Positions 26,924 to 39,805 of a stretch of DNA of 64,000 nt are shown here, one piece after another. The DNA lies in assembly GCA_028534125.1 (NCBI GenBank), contig CM052818.1, positions 19,842,001-19,906,000 of the forward strand, written 5' to 3'. Below the pieces are notes generated by a model. It searched no databases, was not told where the DNA came from, and worked only from the letters and a program-made list of their open reading frames with translations. How positions within the stretch are numbered: the first letter of the stretch is position 1; each line of letters opens with the position of its first letter. A program made the translations under genes and the position numbers. This DNA comes from Lama glama (taxonomy: Eukaryota).

Positions 26924-29035
26924 TCTTTTTTTATTGAATATAGTCAATTTACAATGTTACTTTCTTGTGTACATCATAGTGATTCAGTTATACATTTTTT
27001 GTATTCTTATTATTACAAGGTATTGAATATAGTTCTATATGCTATAAAATATCTATTATATATATAGTACTTAGTATCTGCAAATCCCTCCCAATTTATC
27101 CCTCCCCACCCCCTCCCCTCCCCCCACCCCAGTAACCATAGGTACGTTTTCTTTATCTGTGAGTCTGTCCCTGTTTTGTAAATAAGTTCATTTGTGTACT
27201 TTTTTGCTAGAGTCCACATATAAGTGATATGATATGGTATTTTTCTTTCTCTTTCTGGCTTACTTCACTTAGTATGATGATCTCTATGTCCATTCACATT
27301 GCTGCAAATGCCATTATTTTATTATTTTTTTTATGGCTGAGTAGTATCCATTGTATGTATATAAACATCTTTATCCAGTCACCTGTTGATAGACATTCAG
27401 GTTGCTTCCATGTCTTGGCTATTGTAAATAGTGCTATCAACATTGGGGTGCATGTATCTTTTCGAACTAGAGTTTTCTCCAGATACATGCCCAGGACTGG
27501 AATTGCTGGATCATGTAGTAACTTTATTTTCAGTTTTTAAAGGGATCTCCATACTGTTTTCTATAGCAGCCACACCAGATTACATTCCCACCAACAGTGT
27601 AGGAGAATTCCCTTTTCTCCACACCCTCTCCAGCATTTATTGTGGACTTTTTAATGATGGCCGTTCTGACTGGTGTGAGCTGGTACCTCATTGTAGTTTT
27701 GATTTGCTTTTCTCTGATAATTAGCAATACCGAGCATCTTTAATATGCCTATTGGACATCAGTATGTCTTCACTGGAGAAATGTCTGTTTAGGTCTTCTG
27801 CCCATTTTTTGGATTGGGTTTTTTGTTGTTGTCGTTGTTGTTGTTACTGAGTTGTATGAACTGTTTGTATGTTCTGGAAATTAAGCCCTTGTCAGTCGCA
27901 TTGTTTGCAAATATTTTCTTCCAGTCAGTAACTTGTCTTCTTGTTTCGCTTATGGTTCCCTTTGCTGTGCAAAAGCTTGTAAGTTTAATTCCGTCCCATT
28001 TGTTTATTTTTGTTTTTACTTCTATTGCCATGCTAGACTGACCTAGAACATTGCTGAGATTTATGTCAGAGAAATGTTTTGCCTGTGTTCTCTTCTAGGA
28101 GGTTTATGGTGTCTTATCTTGTGCTTAAGTCTTTAAGCCATGTTGAGTTTATTTTTGTGTATGGTGTAAGGGAGTGTTCTAATGTCACTGATTTACATGC
28201 AGCTGTCCAGCTTTCCCAACACCACTTATCAAAGACAATGTCTTTTCTCCATGGTATGCTCTTGCTTTCTTTATCAAAGATTAATTGACTGTAGGTGTGT
28301 GGGCTTATTTCTGGGCTCTCTATTCTGTTCCATTGATCCATGTTTGTTTTTGTGTCAATACCATGCTGTTTTGATTGTAGCAGCTTCATAGTATTGTCTG
28401 AAGTCTGGGAGGGTTGTGCCGCCAGCTTTGTTTTTTCTTCAGTATTGCTCTGGCAATTCTGGATCTTTTGTGATTCCATATAAATTTTAGGAATTCTAGT
28501 TTTGTGAAAAACGTCATGGGTAATTTGGTAGGGATTGCATTAAATCTGTAGATTGCTGTGGGTAGTATGGCCATTTTAATATTAATTCTTTCAATCCAAG
28601 AGCATGGGATATCTTTCCATTTCTTTAAATCATCTTTTCTTTCCTTAATCAATGCTTTATTGTTCTCTACATATAAGACTTTCACCTCCTTGATCAGGTT
28701 TATTCCTAAGTATTTTATTTTATTTTTTGATGTGATTTTAAAAAGGATTTTGTTTTTCACTTTCTTTTCTGATATTTCGTTGTTAGTGTAAAGAAATGCA
28801 ACAGATTTCTGTACGTTAATCTTGTATCCTGCTAGCTTGCTGAAAACGTCGATCAGCTCTAGTAGTTTTTGTGCGAAGTCTTTAGAGCTTTCTATATATA
28901 TAGTATCATGTCATCTATATATAGTGACAATTTACCTCTTCCCTTCCAATTTGGATCCTTTTTATTTCTTTTCCTTGTCTGACTGGCATGGCTAGGACTG
29001 CCAATACTATGTTGAATAGAAGTGGTAAGAGTGGG
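26924..29035 (-). mobile_element. Young 5'-truncated L1 (2.1 kb, ORF2 C-terminal part plus 3' UTR)
   Basis: ORF fragments are L1 ORF2 ([55 protein letters not shown]); perfect 16-bp duplication AAAACTTGTGATTTCT at 26908-26923 and 29036-29051. Confidence 0.95.
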
Positions 29036-29051
29036 AAAACTTGTGATTTCT

Positions 29052-30960
29052 AATATATGTTTCCTAGTTCTTTCTGTTAAAGGGGCCTAGAGGCAATGAC
29101 AATCTGGCAGGCCCACACTTTAGTTTCTAAATACCATTATCCACTAAAAAAAACTAAGGATCTTTGGAGAAATGGCTTATTCCAGGAATGGGGTGGAGGT
29201 TAAAAAAAAAAAAAACCCACCAAGATAAACTTGGAACATTTTGTGTTGGAAAGTAAGGAATTCCTCAAAGAATGATAAGAACATATCAAAAAGACCCAAG
29301 AGCCAGCCTAAAAGGTCTCCCCACTGGCCAAATATGGGACAATTTGACATCAAAACAAATGAGAGTAACAGTCTGAATAAAATAGGTATTCATGAGTTCA
29401 TACTAATATAAGTGAGAAAAAGAGAAAGCTTTTCCTTACAGTAGAATGCCTACTAATAAATGTAGAAAGTATGACAGAAGTGGAAAACCACCATTTGGCA
29501 GCCATTAGAGTAACAATTAACCTAGCCAAGAAACATTGCTGAATGCTAGAATTAGTGTGTGAAAGTTTGCTGAGAAAAAGAATATTTAGTCTCAAAGTAT
29601 CTCCCCCCAAAATGCTTATTAATTTAGAAGGAAAAAGAGAATCTTTACAGTGGAGAAATCCAGCAGATACCACCTAAAACCAGTGATCAAAATTAACACC
29701 TTGTGATGGGACAACCGACACCTTGATATGGCTCACTGAAAAGGACACAGCATCACTTCTACGACATTCCTGCCAAAATGCATAAGCTCAATCTAATTGT
29801 AAAGAAACATCAGAAAATCTCAAATTAAGGGACACTCTATAAAGCAACTGGCCTATGTTTTTCATGGCCCTGACATTTTTGAAAGACAGATTGAAGAACT
29901 GTTCCAGACAGAAAGAGACTAGAGACTTGACAACTAAATATAATGTGTTATCCTTGATAGGATCCTGGACTAGTTTTTCCCCTTACAAAGGCAATTACTG
30001 GAACAACTAGTGAAATATGGAAAACATTAGATAATGTATTATGTTAATGTTAATTTCCTGATTTTGATAACTGAGCTATGGTTATGTAAGAAAATATCCT
30101 TGTTCTTAGGAAATGCACACTTAAATATTTGGGGTAGAGAGGAATAATTTGTAATGAATAATTAAGTGGTCAGAAAAAAAAGCATTTATTCTATAATCAT
30201 GATAAACAGACAGATAAAGGGAAACCTCTTCCTAAGAGTAGAATGACAACTAAATACAGAAAGAATAATGTAGTTAGAAAATCACAATTTTGTAAGCATT
30301 ATAGAAAAAATTTATTCAGATAAGAATTCTCAAAGGATGCTAAATCTAAGAAGGGAAGGCTTGAAGAGGAATAGAATATCAATCAAAATTGTCTCAAGGT
30401 TTCTCCTCACAAATTATCTACATATTGCAAAAGGAAAAATAGTAACTATACAGTGGAGAAATCAGACAACATCTTACCCAACTGATCAAATTAACAGCAC
30501 CAACAAGAATGTGAGTCTGGATGTGACACTGGGAGGACAGTATTACAGCCCACACTGTGTAACCTGAATCTATCCTATAAGGAAAAACCAGAAAAACCCA
30601 AACTGAAGGGTATTCTATACTTTATCTGTCCTGTATTCTTCAAGCAAATCAATACTACAAAGGACAAAGACTGAAGAACTGGTCCAGATTAGAGTCATGA
30701 TAATCTAACATATGAGCCTGGACTAGATCCTGTAGCTGAAAATAAAATTACCAATGGAACAACAAATGAAATTGGAAAAGGGACTACGTATCAGATGAAA
30801 TTCAGATTCCTGAATTTGATAACTATACTTAGCATGCTTGTTCTTATGAAGTACATATGTTGTATTAAAGGGTATGATGTCTGCAACGTATTCATCACAT
30901 TGTAGTCAAGAAAAAATGTATAACAAGAGATAGAGAGAAAATGGTAAAGCAAATAGGAGA
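29052..30960 (+). mobile_element. Old L1MC/L1MD-like 3' UTR fragments (two tandem pieces; the host element also continues at ~26790-26907)
   Basis: Repeated motifs 'tacagtggagaaatc', 'gatcaaaattaacacc', 'ttgaagaactgttccaga', 'ttcctgattttgataact' at ~29640-30075 and ~30450-30830. Confidence 0.65.
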
Positions 30961-32139
30961 AACATTAAGAAAGAATTGAAGTGCAGAGCAATGTATATAT
31001 TTCTTCTACCCGAAAGTCTCAAAAATGTATATACATATATGTGCACGTAAATACACATTTCTAAAATTATTAGTACTCTCCTGCTCCCCTAGGTAAGGAA
31101 GTAGAAGCTAAAAAGTATTAGGTAGTTGGCATGAGGCTGTAAAGGGTTAAGGCTCTCTTTTCTTAACCCTTAGTTCCACTCCACAGAGGAAAACAGTACT
31201 AAGAGCTTTCAGAAGTTTTCTATCTGTACACACAAACTTCTGCACAGATATGTAATTCTTGTATCATTCTGATGGTTGCATATTCTAATGAACGAGTGTA
31301 CTTAAGAAGTGTTCTGTTGGTATTTGTTTGACATTTATTAAATATAATCTGAGATTTAAAAAACCATGTTATTTCAATATTTTTACATTTACTCTGATAA
31401 AAGCTATGTTTGGTCTTAATTCTCTCATCTTAATGTTACAGTTTCTGTTTTGATGTCTTCTTTTGAAAAAAATACTTCATGTTCACATTTTGTTTTGGGA
31501 CTTTCCTTCTCATTTAATAACTTCTATTCAATTTTGGCAGTCATATTTTTCAACAATATAAAGATTTATAATATTTATACTATTCTGAGGTATAATACCA
31601 ATAAATATCTTCATAGAAGAACCAAGTGTGGCCACTGGATCATTTATGGAAGGCTAGTCAAGGCATGAGTACGAAATATGAGCTGTGGAAGTCCAGATCC
31701 CAGCTGATACCTGAGAAGAGTGCTTTTCCGAAAGCTGATCCACCCAACTTTTAATGACTCTGGGCCACTATCTTAACCAGGTCCCATTATGGGTCCCTTG
31801 TGTTGATTTTAGTTTAAAATGCCAAATTAAAGGATAAGAAGACACTTCTTGCCCTAAGAGCTATTGTTATTTGATATATTTTACATTATCCTTGTGCTTT
31901 TTCTGGGTAAGAATAAGAATGTATCCTATAAATACTTTCCATAGTAATTAAAAAGAATTAAAATGTGATATCTATACCATGTATATCACCACGTTATGTA
32001 TTCTACACATTTTATAGTGATGTGTATTTATACTGCATGCTGCACTTGGTAGTGGGGAGTACTTTTCTGGTCTCCCACAGTAAGCTGCAGGTTTCAAAAG
32101 CAGAAGTCCAATATCTCTGAAGGTAGCATAAGAAAAATC

Positions 32140-32145
32140 TTTATT
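32140..32145 (-). terminator. CRIPT: Candidate CRIPT polyadenylation signal AATAAA
   Basis: Plus-strand TTTATT about 0.9 kb past the stop codon; another candidate at 31334-31339. Confidence 0.5.
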
Positions 32146-33051
32146 TGAAATCTCAAAGTAGTCTTTCAGCAGTCTATGCTGTTAAAAAAAAAGAGTCAAA
32201 ATGTCTGCTTACTCTATTTATTTTTGGCGAAGAAGGGAGAAGGAAAAGAGGTAAAAAACAGTTTGGTTTCTGCTTCAACGCACTTTTCCAAAGAGTGGTG
32301 GTTCATTCATTACACATCATCATGGATGCACATGGTTCTCCTGGCTTTCATGATGGCCTGAATTCAAGGTAATGTGTGTAATCTGTGTTTTTCTGAAAGC
32401 CAGTGTATTCATTTGGATATATATGGGTGGCCCTTGTGTTCCAATTTTTGTATGAAAGGTACTGGCACTTTGGTTTCAAGAATAAATAAAAAGTATCACA
32501 AATATAACTTGTGTTTGATTTGGGTCTGGGCTAATTACTTAAAGAACTATTTAGCAATAATGGTCTCAGATATTTAAATGCCCTATGAAAATGCAATTAA
32601 TTAAGGGACTGCTGATTCTAAGCACTATGCAACCAACAGGGAATGAGGGAAGAATTGCATATCTGGATGCCAAGTTCAGAACCAAATATCAGTGATCACT
32701 TTCTTACTATTGTAATATCTATAAATAAAGTAGAGGGAAAGGATAATAAAAATTATACGAGTAATGATAAATAAAAAGTGCATACAGAACTGGGAAGATA
32801 TTTTTCTGTTAAATTTGTCACTTATTCCAGTTCAATAAGTTGTTTGTAAGGAAAATAAAACTTAAGGCAGAAAACTAGTTACACTGTTGCTGTGCAGAAC
32901 TTCTTGAGAGCAAAAGAATGAATACTAATCAACTTCTCTGCTTTAAACTTGTCTCAAGACATGTTATTTTGTAATTTGAACGTCTATGTTATGCCTTGAA
33001 AATTCAAAGCAAAAAGTAAAATCATATGGAAAGCCAGAAACTTCAGTACAC

Positions 33052-33116
33052 TTAGACAGACGTTTGCTTGTAGTTTTTGGTATCCAAAACCTTTTTTCCA
33101 CACATAGCACAGATGC
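33052..33116 (-). CDS. CRIPT: CRIPT coding exon 5 (GICAMCGKKVLDTKNYKQTSV*)
   Basis: ttttag acceptor, 65 nt to TAA, C-terminal PDZ-binding QTSV. Confidence 0.98.
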
Positions 33117-33383
33117 CTAAAACAAACAAAAAAAGCATGTAAGCAATCAAATGATAATAACACTAATAATACCAATCAAATATCTAACTAATATCAACAG
33201 TTTGGCTTAAGTCGCTCCTGAAGCTTAAAACATAATTTGAAACAAATAAATGTTATTTTGCCTTAGAAAAAAGAGCATTTGACTAATAAGATTTATCAAA
33301 GGCTATCCCTTTACTATGCTATCCAAATCAGCACCAAAAGTAGGTTTGATATGAATACAAAAACAGTATTAAAGAAAACTTAC

Positions 33384-33487
33384 CCTTCTTGTAGGCGCAG
33401 CCCTGGCAGTAATGAGAACCCGGTTGGTGCACAGAACTTTTACAAATTCTGCAAGTGGAGAACTTATTCTTTCCATATGGATCAAAT
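33384..33487 (-). CDS. CRIPT: CRIPT coding exon 4 (RFDPYGKNKFSTCRICKSSVHQPGSHYCQGCAYKK)
   Basis: ctctag acceptor, gtaagt donor, 104 nt, CxxC motifs, phase-compatible. Confidence 0.98.
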
Positions 33488-33650
33488 CTAGAGGTTTTTT
33501 TTTTTTAAAGAAAGAAAAATGTATAATACAATAGAAATACTCCAAAAATAATCTCACTTAAGCAACAAGTGGGATTAATCCATGCTCTCTGTTCCCTCTG
33601 TAAAACTCTACAATTGATAGGCACAACACTCTTCTAGACAGCTACTCTCT

Positions 33651-33792
33651 CTTCTTTTTTGGATGGGGGAGGTAATTAGGTTTATCCATTTATTTATTTA
33701 TTTTTATAGGAGGTACTGGGGATTGAACCCAGGACCTTGTTCATGCTAAGCATGCACTCTACTGCATGAGCTACACCCACCCACTCCCACCC
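33651..33792 (-). mobile_element. Full tRNA-Ala-derived camelid SINE (vic-1-like) in CRIPT intron 3
   Basis: tRNA-Ala-like head with B box GGTTCAATCCC and a (TAAA)n linker; perfect 12-bp duplication CAGCTACTCTCT at 33639-33650 and 33793-33804. Confidence 0.9.
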
Positions 33793-33899
33793 CAGCTACT
33801 CTCTTAATATGCCTGCACACCTCTGTCCCTTCCATGTAAGCTGTATGCTTATAGTCAGTTGTACTTAATTTCAAACCATTTTGTATCAGTTGTATTTGT

Positions 33900-34360
33900 T
33901 AAACTGTGTGATATAATTAAATATTATGGAAACTGATGAAATGAGGGAACAAAAAGAGTGACTGAGTCTATTAAAAACTAAGTGAATGCTTTAGGATGAC
34001 CAGATAAGTGTGAATCATTAAAACTGCTATAGAATTAGGTATAGGCAAGACAATTTAAAAATTGAGAAAAAATCCTAAGTGGAGAGCCTTGGCATTTTGC
34101 AAGTGTCAGTTCTTGCTCTGGTTTAAAGATATGGGAAATATATATTCTGGTTATGCTTTATGTAAGGAAAATGATAAAGAACTGTTATTAGTAGACTTCT
34201 ATTCAAAAAGGCTTGTCTCAATTCCAAATGATTGATGAACGGAGGTACAGTTATGTGCTCTGACTTAAGATATGTATATCTTTTAATGATTGCCCACTTT
34301 CACTGACATTTTCAATTAACTGGTGCAATCCCTTTCAATAACAGCTTCTACTAAATAAAA
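33900..34360. mobile_element. Degenerate TcMar-Tigger (Tigger15a-like) relic
   Basis: 'gaattaggtataggcaagacaa' and 'ttttaatgattgcccactttcactgacattttcaattaact' resemble the family as recalled. Confidence 0.4.
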
Positions 34361-34530
34361 ATGTCATCTTATAGTGACTGGAATGCAAAATAACTTTAGA
34401 GGAAATACTTCCTGTTAAATTGGCAATAACGTTTTGTAACTGCACTCATATACTGAATACCAACAACGTCCTAGACCTGTTTTCTTTTCTTGGGTACAAA
34501 CCAACAGTTCATTTTCAAAGGTTAATTTTC

Positions 34531-35953
34531 CCCCACACATCTAGGGTCAATTAATCTTTGACAAAGAAGGCAAGAGCATATAATGGAGAAAAGCCACTGT
34601 CTTCGGCAAGTGGTTTTGGGAAAGCTGGACAGCCGCATGTTAATCAGTAAAGTTAGAACACTTTCTCACACCACACACAAAAATAAACTCAACATGGCTT
34701 AAAGACTTAAGCACAAGATAAGACACCATAAACCTCCCAGAAGGAAACATAGGCAAAACATCCTCTGACATAAATCAAAGCAATGTTTTCCTAGGTCAGT
34801 CTACCACGGCAATAGAAATAAAATCAAAAATAAACAAATGGGACCTAATTAAACTTACAAGCTTTTGCACAGCAAAGGAAACCATAAACAAAATGAAAAG
34901 ACAACCTATGGAATGCGAGGAAATATTTGCAAATGACACAACTGACAAGGGCTTACTTTTCAGAATATACAAACAGCTCATACAACTCAATACCAAAAAA
35001 ACACACAATCCAATCCAAAAATGGGCAGAAGACCTAAACAGACATTTCTCCAAGGAAGACATACAGATGTCCAATAGACACATTAAAAGATGCTCAGAAT
35101 TGCTAATTATCAGAGAAAAGCAAATCAAAACTACAATGAAGTACCATCTCACACCAGTCAGAATGGCCATCATTAAAAAATCCACAATAAATGCTGGAGA
35201 GGGTGTGGAGAAAAGGGAACCTTCCTACACTGTTGGTGGGAATGTAATGTGGTGCAGCCACCAGATTACATTGGAGATTGCTTGAAAATTGAAAATAGAC
35301 TTATCCTATGATCCAGCAATCCCACCCCTGGGCATATATCTGAGAAAACTCTAATTTGGAAAGATACATTCACCCCAATGTTCATAGCAGCACTATTTAC
35401 AATAGCCAAGACATGGAAGCAAACTAAATGTCCATTGACAGACAACTGGATAAAGAAGATGTACTATAGTTATACAATGTAATACTACTCAGCCATAAAA
35501 ATGAATGAAATAATGGCACTTACAGCAACATGGATGGACGAAGAGATTATCATACTAAATGAAGTAAGTCAGACAGAGAAAACCAAATATTATGATATCA
35601 ATAAGATGCAGAGCCTAAAAAATGACACAAATGCACTTATTTACAACAGAAAGAGACTCACAGACGTAGAAAACAAACTTATGATTACCAAAGGGGAAAG
35701 AGGTGGGGAGGAATAAATTAGAAGAGTTTGAGATTTGCAGATACTAATTACTATATACAAAATAGATAAATAACTAGTTCCTACTGTATAGCACATGGAA
35801 CTATATTCAATAGCTTCTAATAACCTAGAATGAAAAACTGTCTGAAAAAGAAAATATATATGTATAACTGAATCACTATGATATATACCAGAAATTAATA
35901 CACTGTAAATCAACTATACTTCAATAAAAACAAAAGGAAACAAGACAAAACAA
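34531..35953 (+). mobile_element. Young 5'-truncated L1 (1.4 kb), antisense in CRIPT intron 3
   Basis: ORF 34893-35285 is the L1 ORF2 C-terminus ([35 protein letters not shown]); AATAAA tail; duplication AAAGGTTAATTTTC (34517-34530) / AAAGAATAATTTTC (35954-35967). Confidence 0.93.
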
Positions 35954-36544
35954 AAAGAATAATTTTCTCAAATCCAAAAGAATGCCACTTTACTCTCCAC
36001 AGAAGAGTGGACACTATGCTTCCTTTTAATAATAAGCTCAAATTTGTTTGGACCTATATGTACAGAGATTGCTTTTTCTTAAAAACTAAATTCTAAGATG
36101 TACATTTTAGTATCTCAGAAATCACAATTAATTGGCAGGGAGTTTTCTTCTTTAAAGTAATGATGCACCTTGTAAATGTTGGTCTCTTGGACTCAATGCA
36201 ATACAGTAGTACACTTTCCAAAGTGAGATGTTTAAAATAACCAAAAGTAACAGCTACTTATTAATGATATTGAAGAAAGTTTGGGAGCATAAAGGAACTG
36301 AAGGTACCTAAAACTGTATAATCTAAAAAATGACAACTTAGTCAATAATAACTGAATGGTCTTAGAAGACATCAATAAATCAGTCAATAATATATAGTAT
36401 GACATAACACTGAAGATTAAGTCTATTATGCTATTTTATATCTGTTACTTAATAAGCACCTTTAAGTGTTAGGCACTTTATAGTAACAGGTTTATTATTA
36501 TTATTATTTCTAATCTTTGGGACAATGTCATGAAATAGGTATGT

Positions 36545-37950
36545 ACTCATTCAGCAAATATATACTGAGTGTCTACTCTGTGCCTATTACTGTTCTAAAT
36601 GTTCTAAATGAATCTACTGTTCAAAGATGAACATGACAAAGCCTCTGCCCTCATCAAGCTGACATTCTGGTGAGAGGAGACACAATAAGTGAGGAAACAA
36701 CTATGCTTTTAAGATAGTAATACCCACTATAGAGAAAATTCAAAGAGGATACTGTGGCAGACATGAGGGGAAGAAAGAAAGACATCAGTTTTTATGTTGG
36801 TTAGGGACCCTCTCTGAGGAGATGACAATTCAGCTGAACCCAAGTAACAAGGAGGAGCCAGCTATGAGAGCTTTTAGGGATGAGTTCTAGGAAGAGGGAC
36901 CAGAAAGCACAAACCTCTGCCAATGTGACTGCGCTTGGCATATCTGACACGGGAGTTCGTGCAACAGTCAGAGAGGCAGAAGGGGCCAGATCACGGAGGA
37001 CCTTGTAAAGGGGGCCTGGATTTTATTCAATGTAAAAAGAAAACCAATCAAGGGTTTTGAGCAACGGAGTTACATGCCCTTTAAAGGACCGCTCTGGTTA
37101 TTATGAGAGTGAACTACAGGAATCACAAAGGAAGCAGGGACATAAAAAGTTATTACAGTATCCAAGTAAGAAAGAATAGTGGTTTAGAAGAGAGTAATAG
37201 CAGTAGATGGACAGAAGCAGATGGATTCAGGTTATATTTTAGTAGCAGAGTCAGAGAACTCACTGATGGATATAGGAAGTGAGGGAAATGAAGAAATCAG
37301 TGAGGAATTCCAGTTTTTAGGTTTGTACAGCTAGACTGGACCAGAGAGCAATGATGAGAAAACTATGATTGGACTGAAGGAAAAGGAGATTGCCTGTTAG
37401 ACATCAAATTGGAAAATTCAAGTAGGCAACTGGATATTTGTTTGGAGTTCAGAAAAGCCGGGACTGGAGCTATACATCTGGAAGTCATTAACATACAGTT
37501 TGACTTTAAAGCCTTTGGATTAAGTCACTTGAGGAGAGATTACAGAAAAAAAGTCTAGGATTGAGTCCAGAGGCACTCAATTGAGAAGGAACAGCCAATG
37601 GGTTGGGAATAAAGGAGAGTGAGGGATCTAAAGCCAAGAGAACAAAGGATTGCAAAAAAGAGAGAGTTGTTGAAAGGTTAAGTTAGGTAAGAACAGAGAA
37701 GTTGCCATCAGTTTTTAAGGTCACATGTGATCTTGGCAAGAGCAGGCTTAGGAGTGTGGTAGAGATGAAGGCCTGACTGGAGTGGCTGAAGGAGTGAACG
37801 GAACTTAAGGACATGGAGAAATTACTATATAGATAAGGTTTTTGAAAACTTCTGCTGTAAAAGAAAGCAAGGGAATGAGATGGCAGCTGGAAGGGTTCAC
37901 GAAATTTTTAAGACTGGATATAATAAAGCATGGTGTCAAAAGCTGTTTTT
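36545..37950 (-). mobile_element. Long L2 LINE fragment
   Basis: 'cattcagcaaatatatactgagtgtctactctgtgcc...gacaaagcctctgccctcatcaagctgacattctggtg' followed by purine-rich L2 body. Confidence 0.75.
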
Positions 37951-38390
37951 AAGGTGGGATACATCTTTATCCTCATTCCTCAATGAAAAAGTAATGTTTA
38001 GAAAAGTTAAGGAACTGGTTTAACTTGGTTAAGACTACAGAACTAGACAGTAACAAAGTCTAGATTCAAATTTAGGTATGACTCCAGAATTTATGATCTG
38101 TCCACATTTCGCTGTTGACTCTGATTGGTAGGAAAATTAAGAACTAGAAAAAAATAAGTCATGTTTTCTGGTGAAACTATAAAAAGTACTAATATCTTCA
38201 TATACTGATACAGTGAAAAGGAAAAGGGTGAAACCAGCAGGTTATAACAGTTTGGTTATGCATGCTAGGAACTACCTAACTCTATTTTTTTATCACAAGA
38301 GAATAATGCAAAACAAATTCATTCTAATACATTTAATATTAAAAAGAGTGGAAATTTATATGACTGCTCTATAGATGCTCTTACACCTAC

Positions 38391-38445
38391 CTTGCTTTTT
38401 TTGAGGTCAAAGCTTTATTTTCATTCAGCTTTCTTCCACCACTTT
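38391..38445 (-). CDS. CRIPT: CRIPT coding exon 3 (ESGGRKLNENKALTSKKAR)
   Basis: atgcag acceptor, gtaggt donor, 55 nt. Confidence 0.98.
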
Positions 38446-39180
38446 CTGCATTAAAATATACATTATTTTAGCAAGTTATTTCTACACATTTCATATATAA
38501 CATATACATGTAAATTTAATGATTAGTTAGAAAGTTCATTTTTGACCTCCTATCAATACACTAGCCTATATCAAATTTTAAGAAATCCTTATATAATAGC
38601 CATGTTTTAAAGATACTACTTAAAAAGAAAACAATTATTTATTAGGAAAACAATAAAAATCTGGATAAAAGGTAATCATTTTATTTCTCAGACTCAAAGT
38701 AGGACTTTAGGAATGGGTCTATACTTAATCTATCTAATGTAAAATCTAGATACTACCACTTTGGTGCCATTGAAAATGCATACATACAGTGAAAATGTTC
38801 CTTTTTCTTCCCTTTGCAAACATCTTCACTGTATTTAATGATTATGAAGGTGAAACATTTAAATGATTTGTTCAAGAATATAAAAATCAGGTGAGGAGAG
38901 GGGGACTTAAATCCTAACTCTAATTAAGCTGAATCAAATAAATTACTATGAAATACTCATTGCTTAAAAGTCATTTAATTATTTCACTCTCCTACCAAAT
39001 TAGGAACCAGTGAGAAAACTAGAAGATTTTAAATTGTTGGAGGATCTAGTATTCTTCAACGTTTAATAGATGAAATAGGTTGTACACATAACATTTCATT
39101 TTACAAATAAATATAAAAGCTAAAAACATTATTCACAGGAAGTATCTGATTCAATTTCTATGTTCTAAAAGGAAAAATAC

Positions 39181-39246
39181 CTGTAGTATTCCTTGCACCA
39201 TCTTTCCATGTATCTGGAGTGATGACAGTACCAAGTTTCTTTTCAC
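39181..39246 (-). CDS. CRIPT: CRIPT coding exon 2 (CEKKLGTVITPDTWKDGARNTT)
   Basis: taacag acceptor, gtattt donor, 66 nt. Confidence 0.98.
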
Positions 39247-39626
39247 CTGTTATAACAAAACAGTAAAGGTAAGGGGGGTTAATGTTTACTATTTAAGAAA
39301 TACATTGCCTTGTGCCTAAAGTTCACAATGGTCACTACAGTCATATTACTGTTAATGCTGCAGCTGGGGTCAGTGAACTGAGACTTAAGCTACTAACTGT
39401 GGGCAATGGATAACTGACTCTCAGTAAAATCTGTAGATAATGGTAATGGCTTATAATAGGCTTCCTCTGTACATGTATACTTTAAACATATCTGATAAAT
39501 CTGTTTGTTCCATAAATATTTACTAAGCATCCTTGATATATAAGCCATTATACAAAGTACAAAGAAAACAATGAATTAGATAAAGCTCTGGATTTCAAGG
39601 ATTTTATAGCACTCTGATTTCTCTAA

Positions 39627-39805
39627 TAGTAGTCCTTAACCTGAGTTTCACAGGTGGACCTTAGGAGAAATGTGAACAAGATGAACCCGTACACAAAACT
39701 TTTGTATATCCATTTTTTTAAAAAATAGACTTTGTTAAGTCTACAGCTTTCATCACATTCTCAGAGGGTTCAGAGAACCAAAAAAAAAAAAAGTTACAAA
39801 TTATT
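39627..39805. mobile_element. MER103C-like hAT MITE
   Basis: 'agtagtccttaacctgag...tacagctttcatcacattctcagagggttcagagaaccaaaaaaaaaaaagtta'. Confidence 0.55.

Noticed and set aside
27294..28760. ORFs with reverse-transcriptase-element similarity (also 34893-35285 and 63204-63527)
   Set aside because: Frameshifted, 5'-truncated L1 ORF2 fragments, not host genes or active elements
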